Positions 30,582 through 40,695 of a stretch of 64,000 nt of DNA are shown piece after piece; position 1 is the stretch's first letter; every line of letters begins with the position of its first letter. The stretch lies in the IMG/VR virus record IMGVR_UViG_3300019763_000001, positions 64,001 through 128,000 of that record. One strand, 5' to 3'. Below the pieces are notes generated by a model. The model saw nothing but the letters and a program-made list of their open reading frames with translations. It had not been told where the DNA came from and ran no database searches. This stretch comes from a virus. Made by a program: the position numbers and the translations under genes.

Positions 30582-32330
30582 TCAACTCTCCTTAACTATA
30601 AAATTTACATTAATGTTATTGAATCTTAAAATAGATTCTCTAACACTATTGATATCAGCATTTGAAGGAGTAGCATTAATGACAATTGTACCTATAGATA
30701 CTGGATTCAAATTTACGATAGATATTAAACCAGTGTTATAATCCACCGAACCGTATACACCATGTTCGGTTATCTGATTACCTAACGCTGATCTAATTTT
30801 AATATCCCCATTTTCGTCATATAGTTCATACACTCTATCATCAACTGATAGACTGAACCCAGTCATTGAAACGCTTCCAGCTTTTATCGCATTATTGAAC
30901 CGAATATTAGAACTATTGATTGTATTTGGCGTTATATCGTTTATTGTTTTAGATATTGATACTGATACAACGTTAGATACAAAAGATGTCTGCAAATTAT
31001 TGATATATTCAGCTAGCAGTGAAGCTTCATATGATTGACCAAATTTCTCTAAGTTGTTATCACTATAATTATTCAAATGATCTTGAGTCTGTTTTCTAAG
31101 CTCACTTTCATCCAAAACAGTCAGCGTCTTTAAATACTTTATCGTCACATCTAAGTTTAAATCAATATAGCTAGGATCGACGATAATAGGAGTTATAGAA
31201 CCAACATTCCTAGGGGCTAGAATATCATTAACAAGCTCATTCTTAGCTGCTTGTGTTAATGTATCGCCGTTATTAGGTTTTACAGCAATATACGTATACC
31301 CATGTTTTGGTGGAACCTCTGTCGATCCACTCCATGCAATAACATCATCAGCTTCACTGAATTTAGCTTTAACAATTGCGTCATAATCTTGGTCACTTAC
31401 AGCGGATCCAGCTGAAGCAAATAATAAAGGTGCATTTCGTCTAATTGATTCCAAACTTTCTTTATCTGATCCACCGTATGTCTTTTGAACATTAGATACA
31501 GCGATATTACTATAGCCTTCAATCAATGACGCGGGTTTAATTACTTGTATTTCATTAGCCGACCCACCATTAGTTCTAATATAGCGAGCTGTAATGATAT
31601 TGCCATCAACAAGTCTATATGAAACAATACCGTCACCGAATTCTATTTGATATAATCCTCTACGATTTTCTTCAATGTGAAAAATCTTAGATGATGGTTC
31701 AATGTTGAATAAGTCATCAAATCTAGCAAACGCGCTTTTGCTTTCATTAACACTAGATTCCTGAACTTCAACAGTTAGGGTATCTATATCAATATCATCA
31801 TGCGGAATAACATAAGTATCTATACCATTGCCCTGTACTAGCCAATTGTACGTCTCATAACTTCCTTGAACTAACTCAATACCAACAAATGTATATACCC
31901 CATTAGCTAATGGAGCAACATAAGATTGAGCAGGTGAAAATTGATAGATAACGTCATCCTTATTTCCAACAAAAGCGACAGTCTCTTTATTAAGAGAAAT
32001 AGATGATGGTGCTTCTGCTAAAATAGATGGGGTTACAACAATATCAACAGTTGTTCTCGCACCTCGTTTTGATTGAGGGACATATCCACCTAAAAAACTA
32101 GAAAGTGAACTAGCAACCTCCCTTGAATTAGTGACGCTCATAAACGTATCACCAACCGCTGCATTAGCCATATATGCATTTAGTTCTGTATTTTTAGCAA
32201 GTAGGTTTAATATCGCACTCATACCACTTGCTTCAAAATCATAATCACTGAATTCATCTTGAGATGACATAAAGAGTTTCAAACGTTCTTTAATATCCTC
32301 AAAGTTCAGACTTGAATTTACAATAGGCAT
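30582..32330 (-). CDS. gp6: baseplate wedge subunit
   Basis: L.FEDIK, F.DYDFE.SG, FGDG, GGSDKES.ESIR.NAP, G.VDY.TG. Confidence 0.95.
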   Translation of the reverse strand: MPIVNSSLNFEDIKERLKLFMSSQDEFSDYDFEASGMSAILNLLAKNTELNAYMANAAVGDTFMSVTNSREVASSLSSFLGGYVPQSKRGARTTVDIVVTPSILAEAPSSISLNKETVAFVGNKDDVIYQFSPAQSYVAPLANGVYTFVGIELVQGSYETYNWLVQGNGIDTYVIPHDDIDIDTLTVEVQESSVNESKSAFARFDDLFNIEPSSKIFHIEENRRGLYQIEFGDGIVSYRLVDGNIITARYIRTNGGSANEIQVIKPASLIEGYSNIAVSNVQKTYGGSDKESLESIRRNAPLLFASAGSAVSDQDYDAIVKAKFSEADDVIAWSGSTEVPPKHGYTYIAVKPNNGDTLTQAAKNELVNDILAPRNVGSITPIIVDPSYIDLNLDVTIKYLKTLTVLDESELRKQTQDHLNNYSDNNLEKFGQSYEASLLAEYINNLQTSFVSNVVSVSISKTINDITPNTINSSNIRFNNAIKAGSVSMTGFSLSVDDRVYELYDENGDIKIRSALGNQITEHGVYGSVDYNTGLISIVNLNPVSIGTIVINATPSNADINSVRESILRFNNINVNFIVKES

Positions 32331-32395
32331 AAAATACCTCTCTCGCCAATTTAAATAATATCATCAAATAAACTATATTTATTAAAGGTACAATT

Positions 32396-32656
32396 ATGGG
32401 AAGTATAGCCACAATCGGAAAAGAGATGGTGTTGACAACATTACGAAACATGGCTAGCCAAACAAAGTGGCGTTTCGATGAAAAAATAATAGATGTTGTG
32501 GAAAGGTATTTTGAAGATCAAAAGAGTATACAAAATATCTCCCCAGAACTTTTTGATTTAGCTTTTACGATCTTCGATGATTTATTAGATCCTGTTAGAC
32601 ATAAAGAAGTTATTGAAGATATTGATGAGTTAAAAAAGAAGCATTTTGTTGAATGA
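32396..32656 (+). CDS. hypothetical protein
   Basis: 86-aa ORF with AAGGT SD, divergent from gp6. Confidence 0.7.
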   Translation: MGSIATIGKEMVLTTLRNMASQTKWRFDEKIIDVVERYFEDQKSIQNISPELFDLAFTIFDDLLDPVRHKEVIEDIDELKKKHFVE

Positions 32657-32720
32657 ACCCTTGATTTTAATATCATTCTGTATAATAATATCGTTATAGA
32701 TTGATACGCAGAGAGAGATA

Positions 32721-33383
32721 TTGAGAATGATTAAAAAACTTTTTGATGAATATGATGCAGAATCAATTATGGAGTATGCAAACAAACTCCTAAAAGAATC
32801 TATTGAAAGCTATTTCCCTAATGCTAGTAATGATCAATGGCATTTCTGCTGGCATTCATGTAAAGGAAAAGCAATGGGAACATGTTCTATAATTCATAAC
32901 CATTGCACCCTAAATATTAAGTACCAAGGGATGTTATCATACGAGTGTGTGTTAGATACAATAAGACACGAAATAGCTCATGTGATGGATTATCTAGAAA
33001 ATAACAAACTAGGACATGGAAGAACATTTAGAAAGTGGGCTGTTATTTTAGGCGCAACTCCTAGAGCGAAGGGGTTTATAATTTATAATGATAAGTTTAA
33101 ACAAGCGGGAATCGATAATAGACCTAAATCGAGATACTACTTAGTCAAAGAAGAGGAAGATGGAACATATTATGTTGATACTGCCCATAGATATGAAAAG
33201 AAAACAAGAAAAATAAATGCTGATACATGGATCACTCATAAAGTGACTAAGCAAATAACGCATAAAGGGAAGCTTTGGCTAATTGAATCAAAGAACGTTG
33301 ATCAAGTAAATGATGCAACGCTCTTTAGATTTGATAAGAACGAAAGGACTTATAAAAGTAAATCGGGCGTTATCTACGCCTAA
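32721..33383 (+). CDS. SprT-like zinc metalloprotease
   Basis: DTIRHEIAH..., HG..F..WA..LGA.P. Confidence 0.8.
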   Translation: MRMIKKLFDEYDAESIMEYANKLLKESIESYFPNASNDQWHFCWHSCKGKAMGTCSIIHNHCTLNIKYQGMLSYECVLDTIRHEIAHVMDYLENNKLGHGRTFRKWAVILGATPRAKGFIIYNDKFKQAGIDNRPKSRYYLVKEEEDGTYYVDTAHRYEKKTRKINADTWITHKVTKQITHKGKLWLIESKNVDQVNDATLFRFDKNERTYKSKSGVIYA

Positions 33384-33765
33384 GTGTGATATTAACTATT
33401 GAGGATTCTTGTGTAGCTTTTTCAGTGAATAGAATCCTCACATATACACCTTCATAATCGTCAAAATAAGATAGTTTAACACCTCTTATCTCAGCTCTAG
33501 GTTCATACCTTTCAATCTCTTCAATAAGTTTTGTTTCTAATGTTTGTAGAAGCAATTCATCAGGGCTAGGTTCACCCAATAAATGTCGCCACAGTCCCAT
33601 ACCAAATGACATATCACTTATCCACTCTTCTTTGCTAGTGACGACAATATGCTTAATAGCCTGAGCTATCGCTCTGATACCTTTTCTTTTAGCTACATCT
33701 TTAGTCACAGGATGCAATCCAAATGATAAATCTATATCTTTATATTGCTTTAATATAATTGCCAT
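33370..33765 (-). CDS. gp25: baseplate wedge subunit
   Basis: YKDIDLSF..HPVT.D, AI.Q.IK.IV.T, I..YEPR. Confidence 0.92.
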   Translation of the reverse strand: MAIILKQYKDIDLSFGLHPVTKDVAKRKGIRAIAQAIKHIVVTSKEEWISDMSFGMGLWRHLLGEPSPDELLLQTLETKLIEEIERYEPRAEIRGVKLSYFDDYEGVYVRILFTEKATQESSIVNITLRRR

Positions 33766-33769
33766 TTGT

Positions 33770-34774
33770 TTATACCCTCAAGTGTGGTACGCCATGATGA
33801 GTTGTAACAGAGACTTCTGCACCATCAAGAAATAAACGTCTAATATTGACATCACCTTGAAAATCTACTCTCTCGCCATCATTCACTTTAACTATCTTTC
33901 CTTTTTCGAGCGTTTCTTCTATAACTTCCTTGAATATTCTTTCAATCTTTCCTTCATATTCTTCCTCTATGAGCATTTTAAATAAACGCTTGATTTCATC
34001 ATCATATCTTTCATCAACTTTATCGAAGTGAATTTTCTTATAACGACCATGAAATTCAGTGTCGTAACCATCACCATACGTCTTAGTTACATTGCTGCCA
34101 AAATACTCAAAAGATTCCTGCCCATGATACGCTGTTTCATACATGTCACCTAATTCATAAAAGTAATTCATGTTAGGATACCATTTTAGCAATCTGCTAT
34201 TAGTTACATCGCTTTGATACTCTTCTAGCGAACCATCTGAATATTCAATTACATGTTGTTGACCATACGCTCTATTGGCAGGTTGCTCACTAAATCTTAT
34301 TTCAGAGTCTGCATCCTTTGGAATTTGGATCATTTGAATGATATCACGCTTTTCTCGTACAACTGGATGCTCAAAATTGGGATCACTTCTAAACAATCTA
34401 TTAGTATCGGGTTCATTCAAATCATGTTTGAAACTAGGATAAATCCAATTTGGATCATTAAACGCTCCCCCATTACTTCTAGATGTTGGAATTGCATTCA
34501 TCGTTCCTAGTATTAACCCAACTTGTTTTTCATAATCAATAAACAATCCAAAAACATAAGCACCAGTTTCAATATTAGGTGATTGCCCAACACCACTTGA
34601 ACATAAACTATTAGGCGGCATTACAGGAGTCATCCAGAGTAATTTATCTATCGGCAATTCAGCTAGATTATCGCTATGATACTCAAAACATCTAACTCTT
34701 GATCTACCTAATTTTAGTGGATCATCTGTTGACTCAACAATACCTGTAAAATATTTAACTTCTCCAGTTATCAT
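33770..34774 (-). CDS. gp5: baseplate hub/spike protein without lysozyme domain
   Basis: F.G.VE..DDP.KLGR.RVR OB-fold, SGVG.SP, E.DTNRL; C-terminal repeats and THHGVPH. Confidence 0.85.
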   Translation of the reverse strand: MITGEVKYFTGIVESTDDPLKLGRSRVRCFEYHSDNLAELPIDKLLWMTPVMPPNSLCSSGVGQSPNIETGAYVFGLFIDYEKQVGLILGTMNAIPTSRSNGGAFNDPNWIYPSFKHDLNEPDTNRLFRSDPNFEHPVVREKRDIIQMIQIPKDADSEIRFSEQPANRAYGQQHVIEYSDGSLEEYQSDVTNSRLLKWYPNMNYFYELGDMYETAYHGQESFEYFGSNVTKTYGDGYDTEFHGRYKKIHFDKVDERYDDEIKRLFKMLIEEEYEGKIERIFKEVIEETLEKGKIVKVNDGERVDFQGDVNIRRLFLDGAEVSVTTHHGVPHLRV

Positions 34775-34950
34775 TTATTAATTGCCTCTTCTCTCGCTTT
34801 GTTTCTCTCTTCTACGTCACTTGAAATTAAAGCAAATTCCAAATCTCGTTCCCAAGGTATCAAAGCATCAAATTCACTAAACGAAATATTAAAATCGGTT
34901 GCCAACCTATGCCTCATCTTTATATAACTTTGCACGTCAATAGACAGCAT
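34771..34950 (-). CDS. gp51: baseplate hub assembly catalyst (gp51-like), 59 aa, not in ORF track
   Basis: MLSIDVQSYIKMRHRL..FNISFSEFDALIPWERD; follows gp26. Confidence 0.8.
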   Translation of the reverse strand: MLSIDVQSYIKMRHRLATDFNISFSEFDALIPWERDLEFALISSDVEERNKAREEAINK

Positions 34951-35744
34951 TAGATAAAAAGTGAGTTTATATCATCAATAACGAAGTCTTTTTCATTTTT
35001 ACATTTAGGGCAAACAACTTTTGTTTTTAATAGAACACTAGGCTTTCTACCAAAGAATTTATCTGTAATTTCTTGTTTAACGGATAAACTGATACTATTG
35101 AAAAATACATCTTTCGATTCTCTCGATTCGTCATGCATGTAGTAAACTTCATCACCATTAGTTTCATATACAAATTCTGTACATGCTTCTATATCATTTG
35201 TAACGGCATCATTAGAGCTATTGAGTAAAGATGATATTGCTTGCATATTTTCAATCATAGATGGGTATTTCAATCTAATGGACAATACATCATCAATTTC
35301 AAAATCATATACAGGCTCTTTACCATCTCTATGCTGTACTTTGATGTTTTCTGTGGCGATTGTCATTTTAATGGGTGTTTTACACGCAACATATTCTTCA
35401 TCCTCGTTTGATACATCGTGATTACAGATGAACTGAACTTCGAGATTTGTATCAATGGAAACTTCACGCATTCGCAAGAACAAATCTTGTATGTCATAAT
35501 CATGCAATTTATCAAAATCTAGTTGTGTTATGCAACATGATTCCACTACACGTCTAATACCATTCATTTGTTGTTCAATAGCTTTTGCGAGCTTTTCTTC
35601 ACTATATGTTTTCTGATCTTTTTCGGTTACGAGCAATTGAGCTAGGATTTTTTCTTCACCTGTTGTAAATCCCCTATACTCAATTTTAGTGCCATCAAAC
35701 AAAGTGTGAAAATACGTCGCGTGTTTTACTATAGGGAGTGCCAT
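34950..35744 (-). CDS. gp26: baseplate hub subunit
   Basis: MALP, YR.F...EEKIL, D...LFL..R..S, LKYP, CPKC near C-terminus. Confidence 0.9.
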   Translation of the reverse strand: MALPIVKHATYFHTLFDGTKIEYRGFTTGEEKILAQLLVTEKDQKTYSEEKLAKAIEQQMNGIRRVVESCCITQLDFDKLHDYDIQDLFLRMREVSIDTNLEVQFICNHDVSNEDEEYVACKTPIKMTIATENIKVQHRDGKEPVYDFEIDDVLSIRLKYPSMIENMQAISSLLNSSNDAVTNDIEACTEFVYETNGDEVYYMHDESRESKDVFFNSISLSVKQEITDKFFGRKPSVLLKTKVVCPKCKNEKDFVIDDINSLFI

Positions 35745-35789
35745 ATCATTATTCTCCTTAGTTTATTATATCTTATATTTAACAGACAT

Positions 35790-35826
35790 AAAAAAAGGAC
35801 GATACATTTCTGCATCGCCCAAAAAG
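35790..35826 (-). terminator. intrinsic terminator
   Basis: GGGCGATGCA-GAAA-TGTATCGTCC + T-run; similar to the 1661 hairpin. Confidence 0.7.
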
Positions 35827-35864
35827 GTTCATAATAAAATCGGAGAATTGTCTGAAAATAACCT

Positions 35865-36182
35865 TTAATCTTTACATGTGGAATATGAGAATGATAGAAC
35901 CTTTTTATCTCCATCAACCATCATATTTTCTTTCATGTCATCTTTAACTAAGCTCATAAAGTCTGTCATCCATTCAGAGTCTTTTTTGCCTCTATAGTGC
36001 TGGATGTATACAGTAGTACAATCAGTAGATTGAGGATTGTTAAACACACCAGATATAAATCCATTACCAAACAGGTAACCTACTATAGAGAGAATAAACC
36101 CTGCAACAAACTGTTTAACAGAAAATTTTGTTTTAGCAGAGTTTACATACTCTTTAACTCTAGGATCAAGTTTGAGTTTCAT
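35865..36182 (-). CDS. hypothetical membrane protein
   Basis: One TM helix, AAGGA SD. Confidence 0.6.
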   Translation of the reverse strand: MKLKLDPRVKEYVNSAKTKFSVKQFVAGFILSIVGYLFGNGFISGVFNNPQSTDCTTVYIQHYRGKKDSEWMTDFMSLVKDDMKENMMVDGDKKVLSFSYSTCKD

Positions 36183-36244
36183 AGTAGTTCCTTAATACCG
36201 AAAACTTCTTTGCTATATTTATTATCGAAGTTTTTCAGGAACTC

Positions 36245-36520
36245 TCACTTAAAAGAGCCTTCATCATCTTCAATAGATTTATGACAATGTTTTGGATCTA
36301 TTGGATCAAGTATATATTTACACACCCAAGAACAAACTTTACACGTATTTGTCTGTGAATTTTTACCCATAACAGAAGATAGTGTTTCATCGGCATCACC
36401 AAACTTAGCACCACCTTCTTTTACGAAAAGCGTGTTAAGTATAAAGCCTATTAAAACATTAACTCCCTGATCTATCCAAATCAAAACTTCCCAAATATAT
36501 TTAAAAATCGACTTCAACAT
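36245..36520 (-). CDS. small phage membrane protein (DQ..N...G..DET.SS type)
   Basis: IDQGVNVL, GDADETLSS, C..C, D..HC; common near fibre genes. Confidence 0.7.
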   Translation of the reverse strand: MLKSIFKYIWEVLIWIDQGVNVLIGFILNTLFVKEGGAKFGDADETLSSVMGKNSQTNTCKVCSWVCKYILDPIDPKHCHKSIEDDEGSFK

Positions 36521-36574
36521 TATATATTCCTCTAAAAAATTTTTAGATTTAGTGTATATTAAAATAAAATTACG

Positions 36575-36919
36575 TCACTTCAGAGATGATTCACAAACTC
36601 TCGCAAATTCATTCATCTGAGTTGCGTACAAAAGTTGATTATTCTTAAGTTCTTGTGAATAGTCTCTAAACGTAGTTTTAAGTTTATCCTCGTTACTAGC
36701 TAACCTATACTTATCAATTAGAGATTGAATCTCCTTAGATACTGAAATATTTCTAGTTCCAACGTATTCATTCATATAGAACATATATGCTGTACATTGT
36801 TCAGTTGTTATGTTGCTATTTGCTACCAATTTAGTTGATTGCAGTGTGCCATCTTGCATTTGCGCCGTGCTTCCACCAATAACAGCAGCAATGACAGTCG
36901 AAGTTATCGTTGTTCTCAT
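36575..36919 (-). CDS. hypothetical exported protein
   Basis: Signal-peptide-like N-terminus, two Cys. Confidence 0.55.
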   Translation of the reverse strand: MRTTITSTVIAAVIGGSTAQMQDGTLQSTKLVANSNITTEQCTAYMFYMNEYVGTRNISVSKEIQSLIDKYRLASNEDKLKTTFRDYSQELKNNQLLYATQMNEFARVCESSLK

Positions 36920-37037
36920 GATAGTTAAATGCGTTCTCTGTAAGAAGAAAGCCCCTTTAGTGGTTGATTGGAGTTATTGAGATATAACATTCTATGATCC
37001 TCTAAATTAAACGGATTTTAACATCCTTGTTAAATAT

Positions 37038-37445
37038 TTATAATAGCTGCAACTCCGAAAGCTTAACCAAAACTAAATTCTTAAATTGTTCAGCTAGTGC
37101 CATTGGAGCTTGCACATCTTCATTATTAAGCTTAGTGAATAATATTGTTCTATATCCGCCACATACACTTGCAAGCTTTAGAAATTTCTCTGCATATAAT
37201 TCAATATCTTTAGCTAATTGTAATGCCGCATCTTCATTATCCATACCAAACAACTGCGCTCTAATATGAATCATTGGAGTGTCAAATTCATTATATTCAA
37301 CTTCACCGTTAATAAGCTTTAACGCTTCCTCATATAGAGATGGAAAAGCTTTTTTCTCAGGCTCACTAAAGTCTTTAAGTGCAACTGCATCAATTTCATT
37401 CATTTCCTGTATAAAATAGTCTTTTGCTTGTTGAATATCACTCAT
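37038..37445 (-). CDS. putative tail fibre assembly chaperone
   Basis: E...F...Y.EA...TP.I...A..G......LA..I pattern seen in fibre chaperones; follows fibre genes. Confidence 0.55.
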   Translation of the reverse strand: MSDIQQAKDYFIQEMNEIDAVALKDFSEPEKKAFPSLYEEALKLINGEVEYNEFDTPMIHIRAQLFGMDNEDAALQLAKDIELYAEKFLKLASVCGGYRTILFTKLNNEDVQAPMALAEQFKNLVLVKLSELQLL

Positions 37446-37993
37446 CATCTTTTCTCCAAAACAAGGGAACCAGAATTCATATAAATGTATCGTCTACTTG
37501 ATGTATTGGAATAATTTCCATCCCTCTCAAAAACAACCATCAAAAATTCATCTTCATTCAGATCAAACTCAGCGTCTTCAAATCCCTTTTGTTTTTGTAG
37601 TTCTTCAAAGTCGATTTTAATGTTTAACCGTTTACTTGATACTAAAGCTTGTCGTTGCGTATAGTCTTCGTATACAACCCTTAAATCCTGTTTGGATCCA
37701 TCTTCAGCAACTTTAAATGCAATAAAGTGAACTCTAAAATTTATAGTTTCATTGCTTCTAACATCAGTGTACCCAGTAAATGAAAAGCTCTTTAACTCGC
37801 TTTTAAATGGAATATTAAACCCACCAACACTATTTGTATCAAATCTTAAGTCTCTTAAAATATCATCGTTTCGAGGTTTACCGATTGTTCTATTTAAATG
37901 ATAGTAGTTTGACCCGTATTGGTTCCAAGTTGTAAATCTATCGTTGTTTAAGTAAAGTCTTCCAGAAAATGGAATTAAAATAGTTTGGCTCAT
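37445..37993 (-). CDS. hypothetical structural protein
   Basis: 182-aa ORF, AGGAG SD, beta-rich. Confidence 0.65.
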   Translation of the reverse strand: MSQTILIPFSGRLYLNNDRFTTWNQYGSNYYHLNRTIGKPRNDDILRDLRFDTNSVGGFNIPFKSELKSFSFTGYTDVRSNETINFRVHFIAFKVAEDGSKQDLRVVYEDYTQRQALVSSKRLNIKIDFEELQKQKGFEDAEFDLNEDEFLMVVFERDGNYSNTSSRRYIYMNSGSLVLEKR

Positions 37994-38005
37994 TACATAT
38001 TCTCC

Positions 38006-38809
38006 TTATGGTGTTCCTTGATCAGTTACTGCAAATCCCACAACATAGCTACCGCTATTATCTGGACTGAACCTAGAAAACTTCATCGTTGTATCAGTTG
38101 CAACAAAACCAAATCTCTTAATGCCTTCATTTAGAGACATACCTGCCCCATCAAATGCAAACGTTGTTATAGTGTTTGGAATTAACGTATTAGTGTCATC
38201 ATATGGCTGAATTGCAGTAAATGTTGTTGTTCCAGGATACCCCCAAAAAATAGGAATAAAATAATATTGATTACCTACAGTTAAACCACTAACCTCAAAA
38301 ACCCAACCTCTCCTCATAGCAACGTTACATAAGTCAACTGCACCAGCAATGGACCCTAGAGAAGGATCGTTGCCATCTGGCCATGTCGTAACTTCTGTTC
38401 TCCCTGTGTTGTTTCCGTATGCATTTGGATTAAATGTTGCATTGTTCCTTCTTAGTACCCAATTAGTACCCGTCCATGTCCCTAGAGGGATGGATGTATC
38501 AGCTCCTCCGCCTCCAGTTGCCTCAAAGGTTACTGCACCAACTGTTGGAGTATCATCACCAACTGAGGCTGCTGCATGTTGAGCCCCTTGATTCAATACA
38601 GCTTCTACTTTGCTCCACGGATATGAAACCCACCCCTCTACAAATGTTGTTACAGGTGGAGGAGAATAAGCTTCTGCCCACCCATAAGAACCATCTGGAA
38701 GTGGTGCTAGAGAATATGATTTACCCACTTCTGCTAATGGGTTTGCTGGAATAACACCTTGTTTGTTTATATCAGCAATTTCTACCTGCTTTCCTTTCAC
38801 TTTTGACAT
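38006..38809 (-). CDS. fibre/decoration protein with lectin-like beta domain
   Basis: N-terminal KGKQV motif shared with cluster; Gly/Thr/Trp-rich. Confidence 0.6.
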   Translation of the reverse strand: MSKVKGKQVEIADINKQGVIPANPLAEVGKSYSLAPLPDGSYGWAEAYSPPPVTTFVEGWVSYPWSKVEAVLNQGAQHAAASVGDDTPTVGAVTFEATGGGGADTSIPLGTWTGTNWVLRRNNATFNPNAYGNNTGRTEVTTWPDGNDPSLGSIAGAVDLCNVAMRRGWVFEVSGLTVGNQYYFIPIFWGYPGTTTFTAIQPYDDTNTLIPNTITTFAFDGAGMSLNEGIKRFGFVATDTTMKFSRFSPDNSGSYVVGFAVTDQGTP

Positions 38810-38881
38810 ATATAAATTTCCTCATAATTGAATCTCCCTTTTAATATTTTAATCGAAACCCAATTATTTTAGTTAACGGTA

Positions 38882-38909
38882 TTGATTAAAATATTTATAT
38901 GCGTATAAT
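38882..38909 (+). promoter_or_regulatory. sigma70-type promoter
   Basis: TTGATT-N16-TATAAT upstream of 38961. Confidence 0.55.
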
Positions 38910-38960
38910 AAAAGTTATAAAGAGTTCAATATCATTTACACAAACAAAAAGGAAATCAAA

Positions 38961-39215
38961 ATGGGAAATGGTAAAGCAGCAGATACAAAAAGCATTCAAT
39001 ATGAAATTTTAGTTCTGCGAGATGAAATAATACCTGCTTATGAACGTAAGCTTAAAGAGATTGAAGAGCGTAAAGAGATATGCGAAACTGAATCAGGAAA
39101 GAAGCTATTAGATGTTCTAATTTCTAGTTATCAAAAAATGATTAAAACTGCTAACGATAACTTAGATGGATTGATAACTTTGCATTTAGAAACGCGAGAA
39201 GAAAAGAAGAATTAA
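38961..39215 (+). CDS. hypothetical coiled-coil protein
   Basis: 84 aa, AAGGA SD, own promoter. Confidence 0.7.
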   Translation: MGNGKAADTKSIQYEILVLRDEIIPAYERKLKEIEERKEICETESGKKLLDVLISSYQKMIKTANDNLDGLITLHLETREEKKN

Positions 39216-39303
39216 AGTGATAAAATCTTAGCTTTATGCTATATTTGTGCTCAGAAATGAGCACTTTTAATTGTATGAGCTTAAGTAATCACAAAGCAAG
39301 AAA

Positions 39304-39324
39304 TGGGAGCTATTGCAGCTCCCT
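39304..39324. terminator. terminator between convergent genes
   Basis: gggagct-attgc-agctccc. Confidence 0.75.
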
Positions 39325-39346
39325 TCATGATCAATAAAACAATTGA

Positions 39347-40027
39347 TCAATACTCATAGACAAATAATACGTCGTCATCAACTTCCAGCGCAAATAATGC
39401 ATTAAGCCATGTAGCAGTTGTACCAGATACAGTAAAATCTTTACCAACACCATTACGATAATCAACACCATTGACTTTCATAAGAACGTTAACATTATTT
39501 TTAGGGGTTTGTGTTAAAGTAAAAGATGTTTGTGCAGCCGTCGCAGCGAATCCATCAACTTGATGTTGATGTTTAGAAGGATCGAAATCACTTTCATCAA
39601 CATCATCCAAACCATTGACGACATCAAGCGGGTTAACATCTTTAAGCTGAACAACTTCTGGATATCGAATATCAACAAGCTTACCAACAGCATCTTCAGT
39701 TGCAAAAGTAAACGCACTTTCACCGCCTGCACCATCTGTTGTGTAATATGTAATTGTCCAAACGCCAGCAGCTTCAGTTAGACGACCATATACTTGTGTA
39801 CCTTGATCATCAGTTACAATTTCACCGTTATCTGCGCGAATTAGAACAACTTTGTTTTGAGGAGATGTAGTAGCAACGCCTGATGTTGTATTATTACCAC
39901 CTGCTGTTTTACCAGCAAATGACGCTGTTACAGTTACAGAGCCGGCAGCTGCTAACGTAAATGCATCAGGAACTTGACGGATAGTACCAATTAGTACATC
40001 CAATTGTTTTGATTTAATTAAAGACAT
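39347..40027 (-). CDS. structural/decoration protein
   Basis: MSLIKSKQL N-terminus; C-term QTSFTL..P....V.M.VNGV...DFTVSG domain. Confidence 0.65.
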   Translation of the reverse strand: MSLIKSKQLDVLIGTIRQVPDAFTLAAAGSVTVTASFAGKTAGGNNTTSGVATTSPQNKVVLIRADNGEIVTDDQGTQVYGRLTEAAGVWTITYYTTDGAGGESAFTFATEDAVGKLVDIRYPEVVQLKDVNPLDVVNGLDDVDESDFDPSKHQHQVDGFAATAAQTSFTLTQTPKNNVNVLMKVNGVDYRNGVGKDFTVSGTTATWLNALFALEVDDDVLFVYEY

Positions 40028-40058
40028 ATTTAAAACCTCAATATTATATTAGTTAAAT

Positions 40059-40652
40059 TTATTTGTATGCTAAGTATTTAAACTTTACAACTTCACTATC
40101 TTCGAAAAAGAACGGACCGTTCCAATTTATAACCCTAGAAACCCTAGTAAAACTTTCACCCTCTATGTATGAGCCACCACAATAGTATAAAATAACTTTC
40201 TCGCTTGGTATTGGATCTTCGCTCAATATAAATGAAGTTTGACCTAATACTGTTGTAAAATTATCAACTATAACTTTTGTTGAATTGTTATCAAATACAT
40301 GCCACATTCCAGCTAAGTAGATATAGAATGTTGGTGGGTTTGTTTTTACAGTTGCAATGTCACCATCATTTATACCAGTTATAGTTGGTAAGTCTAATGG
40401 GTCATCAACTGTGAATACTTGAACACCAGATATACTTGCTGTTGCACCACCTGCCGTTATTGAAACCCAGTATGCATCTGTTCCCCTTGCATCTATGATT
40501 TCTGGAGAGGAAACTGCAAGAGCGGAGTTAACGACATAAAAGTACATCAACCCCGTTTCTTTTAGATAACAAACTTCATCTATCCTACCTTTAGAAGATG
40601 CTGTTGCAATATCGTTAATAACGAAGTTGCTCAATTGCTTTTGTGAAATCAT
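40059..40652 (-). CDS. structural/decoration protein
   Basis: MISQKQL N-terminus; C-term GQTSFIL..P domain paralogous to 39347 ORF. Confidence 0.65.
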   Translation of the reverse strand: MISQKQLSNFVINDIATASSKGRIDEVCYLKETGLMYFYVVNSALAVSSPEIIDARGTDAYWVSITAGGATASISGVQVFTVDDPLDLPTITGINDGDIATVKTNPPTFYIYLAGMWHVFDNNSTKVIVDNFTTVLGQTSFILSEDPIPSEKVILYYCGGSYIEGESFTRVSRVINWNGPFFFEDSEVVKFKYLAYK

Positions 40653-40695
40653 TTACAGCACTCCAAAATAGATAAATTGATTATCTAGTTATTTA

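Noticed and set aside
36925-36990. 21-codon ORF upstream of 36575..36919 as a fifth frameshift site
   Set aside because: Ends in TAA and would need a -1 shift; the downstream gene has its own ATG and signal-like N-terminus
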